Assembly (NCBI GenBank): GCA_030043595.1
Contig: JASHXJ010000034.1
Span: 1 to 58,143, forward strand
From: Trebonia sp.
Lineage (GTDB): Bacteria; Actinomycetota; Actinomycetes; Streptosporangiales; Streptosporangiaceae
Length of the DNA: 58,143 nucleotides
Reading direction: 5' to 3'
The notes under the pieces were generated by a model that was not told where the DNA came from, made no database searches, and saw nothing but the letters and a program-made list of their open reading frames with translations. Numbering within the stretch: position 1 is the stretch's first letter; each line of letters starts with the position of its first letter. Positions 56,669-58,143 of this stretch are shown here, piece after piece. The position numbers and the translations under genes were made by a program.

Positions 56669-57733
56669 ATGCGATTCGTCCACGACAACCTGCCACAGCG
56701 GGTCTGCTTCGGCTCCGGCGAGGCCGCCGCCAGCCTGCAGCGCGAGATCGAGAACCTCAAGGCGTCCAGGGTCATGGTGATCGCCGCCGAGGCCGAGAAG
56801 GACCTGGCCGAGGGGATCACCAAGAACCTCCCGATCGCGATCTGGCATGAAGACGTGGTCATGCACGTCCCGGTCGAGGTCGCCGAGCACGGCCGCCAGG
56901 CCGCCGCGGCGGCACAGGCGGACGTCCTCGTCAGCGTGGGCGGCGGGTCGACGACCGGCCTGGCCAAGGCGATCGCCATGACAACGGGCCTGCCGATCGT
57001 CGCCGTGCCCACCACCTACGCCGGGTCCGAGGCGACCACGGTGTGGGGCCTGACCCGGGGTGCGCGGAAGACGACAGGCATCGACCCGACGGTGCTGCCA
57101 AAGGTCATCGTCTACGACGCCACGCTCACCCTGACCCTCCCGGTCCCGATGAGCGTGGCCTCGGGGCTGAACGCGCTCGCGCACTGCGTCGACTCGATGT
57201 GGGCCCCGAACGCCGACCCGATCAACGCCGCGTTCGCCGCCGAGGGCATCCGGTCCCTGGCCGACGGCCTGCCTCGCGTCGTCGCCGAACCGTTCGACCT
57301 GGAAGGCCGCGAGCACGCCCTCTACGCGGCATACCTGTCCGCGGTGGCGTTCGCCTCCGCGGGCTCGGCGCTGCACCACAAGATCTGCCATGTGCTCGGT
57401 GGCGCCTACAACCTGCCGCACGCCCAGACGCACGCGGTCGTGCTCCCCTACGTGCTCGCCTTCAACGGCGCCGCGACCCCGGAAGCGGAGCGGCGGATCG
57501 CCGCCGCGTTCGGCACCAGCCGTGCGATCGACGGCCTGCAGGACCTGCGGCGCGAACTGGACGCACCCCGGGCGCTGCTCGACTACGGCTTCGCCGAGGA
57601 ATCCATTCCCGAGGCGGCCGACGCGATCCTGCCCGCCGTCCCGCCTAGCAACCCGCGCCCCGTGACCACCGGCGACCTGCGGCGGCTGCTCCGCGCGGCC
57701 TGGTCAGGTGCCGACCCCCGAGAAGGGGTGTAG
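56669..57733 (+). CDS. Maleylacetate reductase (Fe-ADH family)
   Basis: VVMHVP.E.A, GGGSTTGLAKA, PTTYAGSE, NALAH, LHHKICHVLGG, HAQTH. Confidence 0.93.
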   Translation: MRFVHDNLPQRVCFGSGEAAASLQREIENLKASRVMVIAAEAEKDLAEGITKNLPIAIWHEDVVMHVPVEVAEHGRQAAAAAQADVLVSVGGGSTTGLAKAIAMTTGLPIVAVPTTYAGSEATTVWGLTRGARKTTGIDPTVLPKVIVYDATLTLTLPVPMSVASGLNALAHCVDSMWAPNADPINAAFAAEGIRSLADGLPRVVAEPFDLEGREHALYAAYLSAVAFASAGSALHHKICHVLGGAYNLPHAQTHAVVLPYVLAFNGAATPEAERRIAAAFGTSRAIDGLQDLRRELDAPRALLDYGFAEESIPEAADAILPAVPPSNPRPVTTGDLRRLLRAAWSGADPREGV

Positions 57734-57736
57734 TGC

Positions 57737-58143
57737 CTAGATCCGGCGCATGACCAGGTCGCGGAACGCCGGGCTGAGCCGGGTCAGCAGCCGCGTGCTC
57801 AGGTCGGGGGGCGCCTCGGCCAGCATGGCGGCGACACCGGACGGCGCCACGTGGGTGAGAACCAGCGCGGCGTGCCGCTCGTCCGTGCTCCGCAGCAGCT
57901 GCGCGGCGAAGCCGCTCGGCAGTTCGCTCAGCGCCCGGGCGGCGGTCCGCGGATGGGCCTCCTTGAGGATCCGTGCCGCTTCCGCCACCGGCATCGCCGT
58001 CAGGATCCCGGCCGCGGCGCCGGGGCTCATGTGACCGAGCAGCTCGCCAGCCAGCGTCGCCGTGAAGATCTGCAGGATCGTGCCCGCCTTCCCCGGCTGG
58101 CTCGCCGCCATGCCCTGGATCAGCTGTCCGGCGCCCTGCCGCG
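57737..58143 (-). CDS. 3' part of a protein with MgtE-N-like helical repeats (runs off the window)
   Basis: ~12-aa repeats M.P..AA.IL; the frame is open to the window end. Confidence 0.6.
   Translation of the reverse strand, partial: RQGAGQLIQGMAASQPGKAGTILQIFTATLAGELLGHMSPGAAAGILTAMPVAEAARILKEAHPRTAARALSELPSGFAAQLLRSTDERHAALVLTHVAPSGVAAMLAEAPPDLSTRLLTRLSPAFRDLVMRRI

Overview
High-GC actinobacterial (Streptosporangiales-like by gene content, inferred) chromosomal window. It is a mosaic of a fragmented metabolic backbone and inserted cargo. The backbone comprises a W/Mo aldehyde:ferredoxin oxidoreductase with a MobA-ThiS fusion, a mycofactocin-associated set (decayed mftR, mycofactocin-type SDR, MoxR ATPase, VWA protein, ABM protein, mftD), and an AraC / phenol monooxygenase / maleylacetate reductase set. 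The cargo comprises two PIN toxin-antitoxin pairs, a visibly lower-GC ~20 kb surface-glycan island (GT2/GT4 enzymes, flippase, DUF2206/DUF1616-like proteins, ACP + acyltransferase + adenylation enzymes, mobile-element debris), secreted beta-propeller proteins, a Ser/Thr kinase opposite an HTH-TM-propeller protein, and a coupled GT-C / microprotein / processive GT2 / GH26 operon. The most notable signals are: (1) MoxR and VWA lie in one reading frame separated only by one UGA followed by a hairpin, a candidate for stop-codon readthrough; (2) a 39-aa membrane microprotein absent from the ORF track is coupled on both sides inside a polysaccharide synthase operon; (3) an exact 23-bp-period repeat array sits ahead of a DUF4143 ATPase remnant. 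No rRNA, tRNA or CRISPR was seen. All family calls come from motif recognition by eye, not from database searches.
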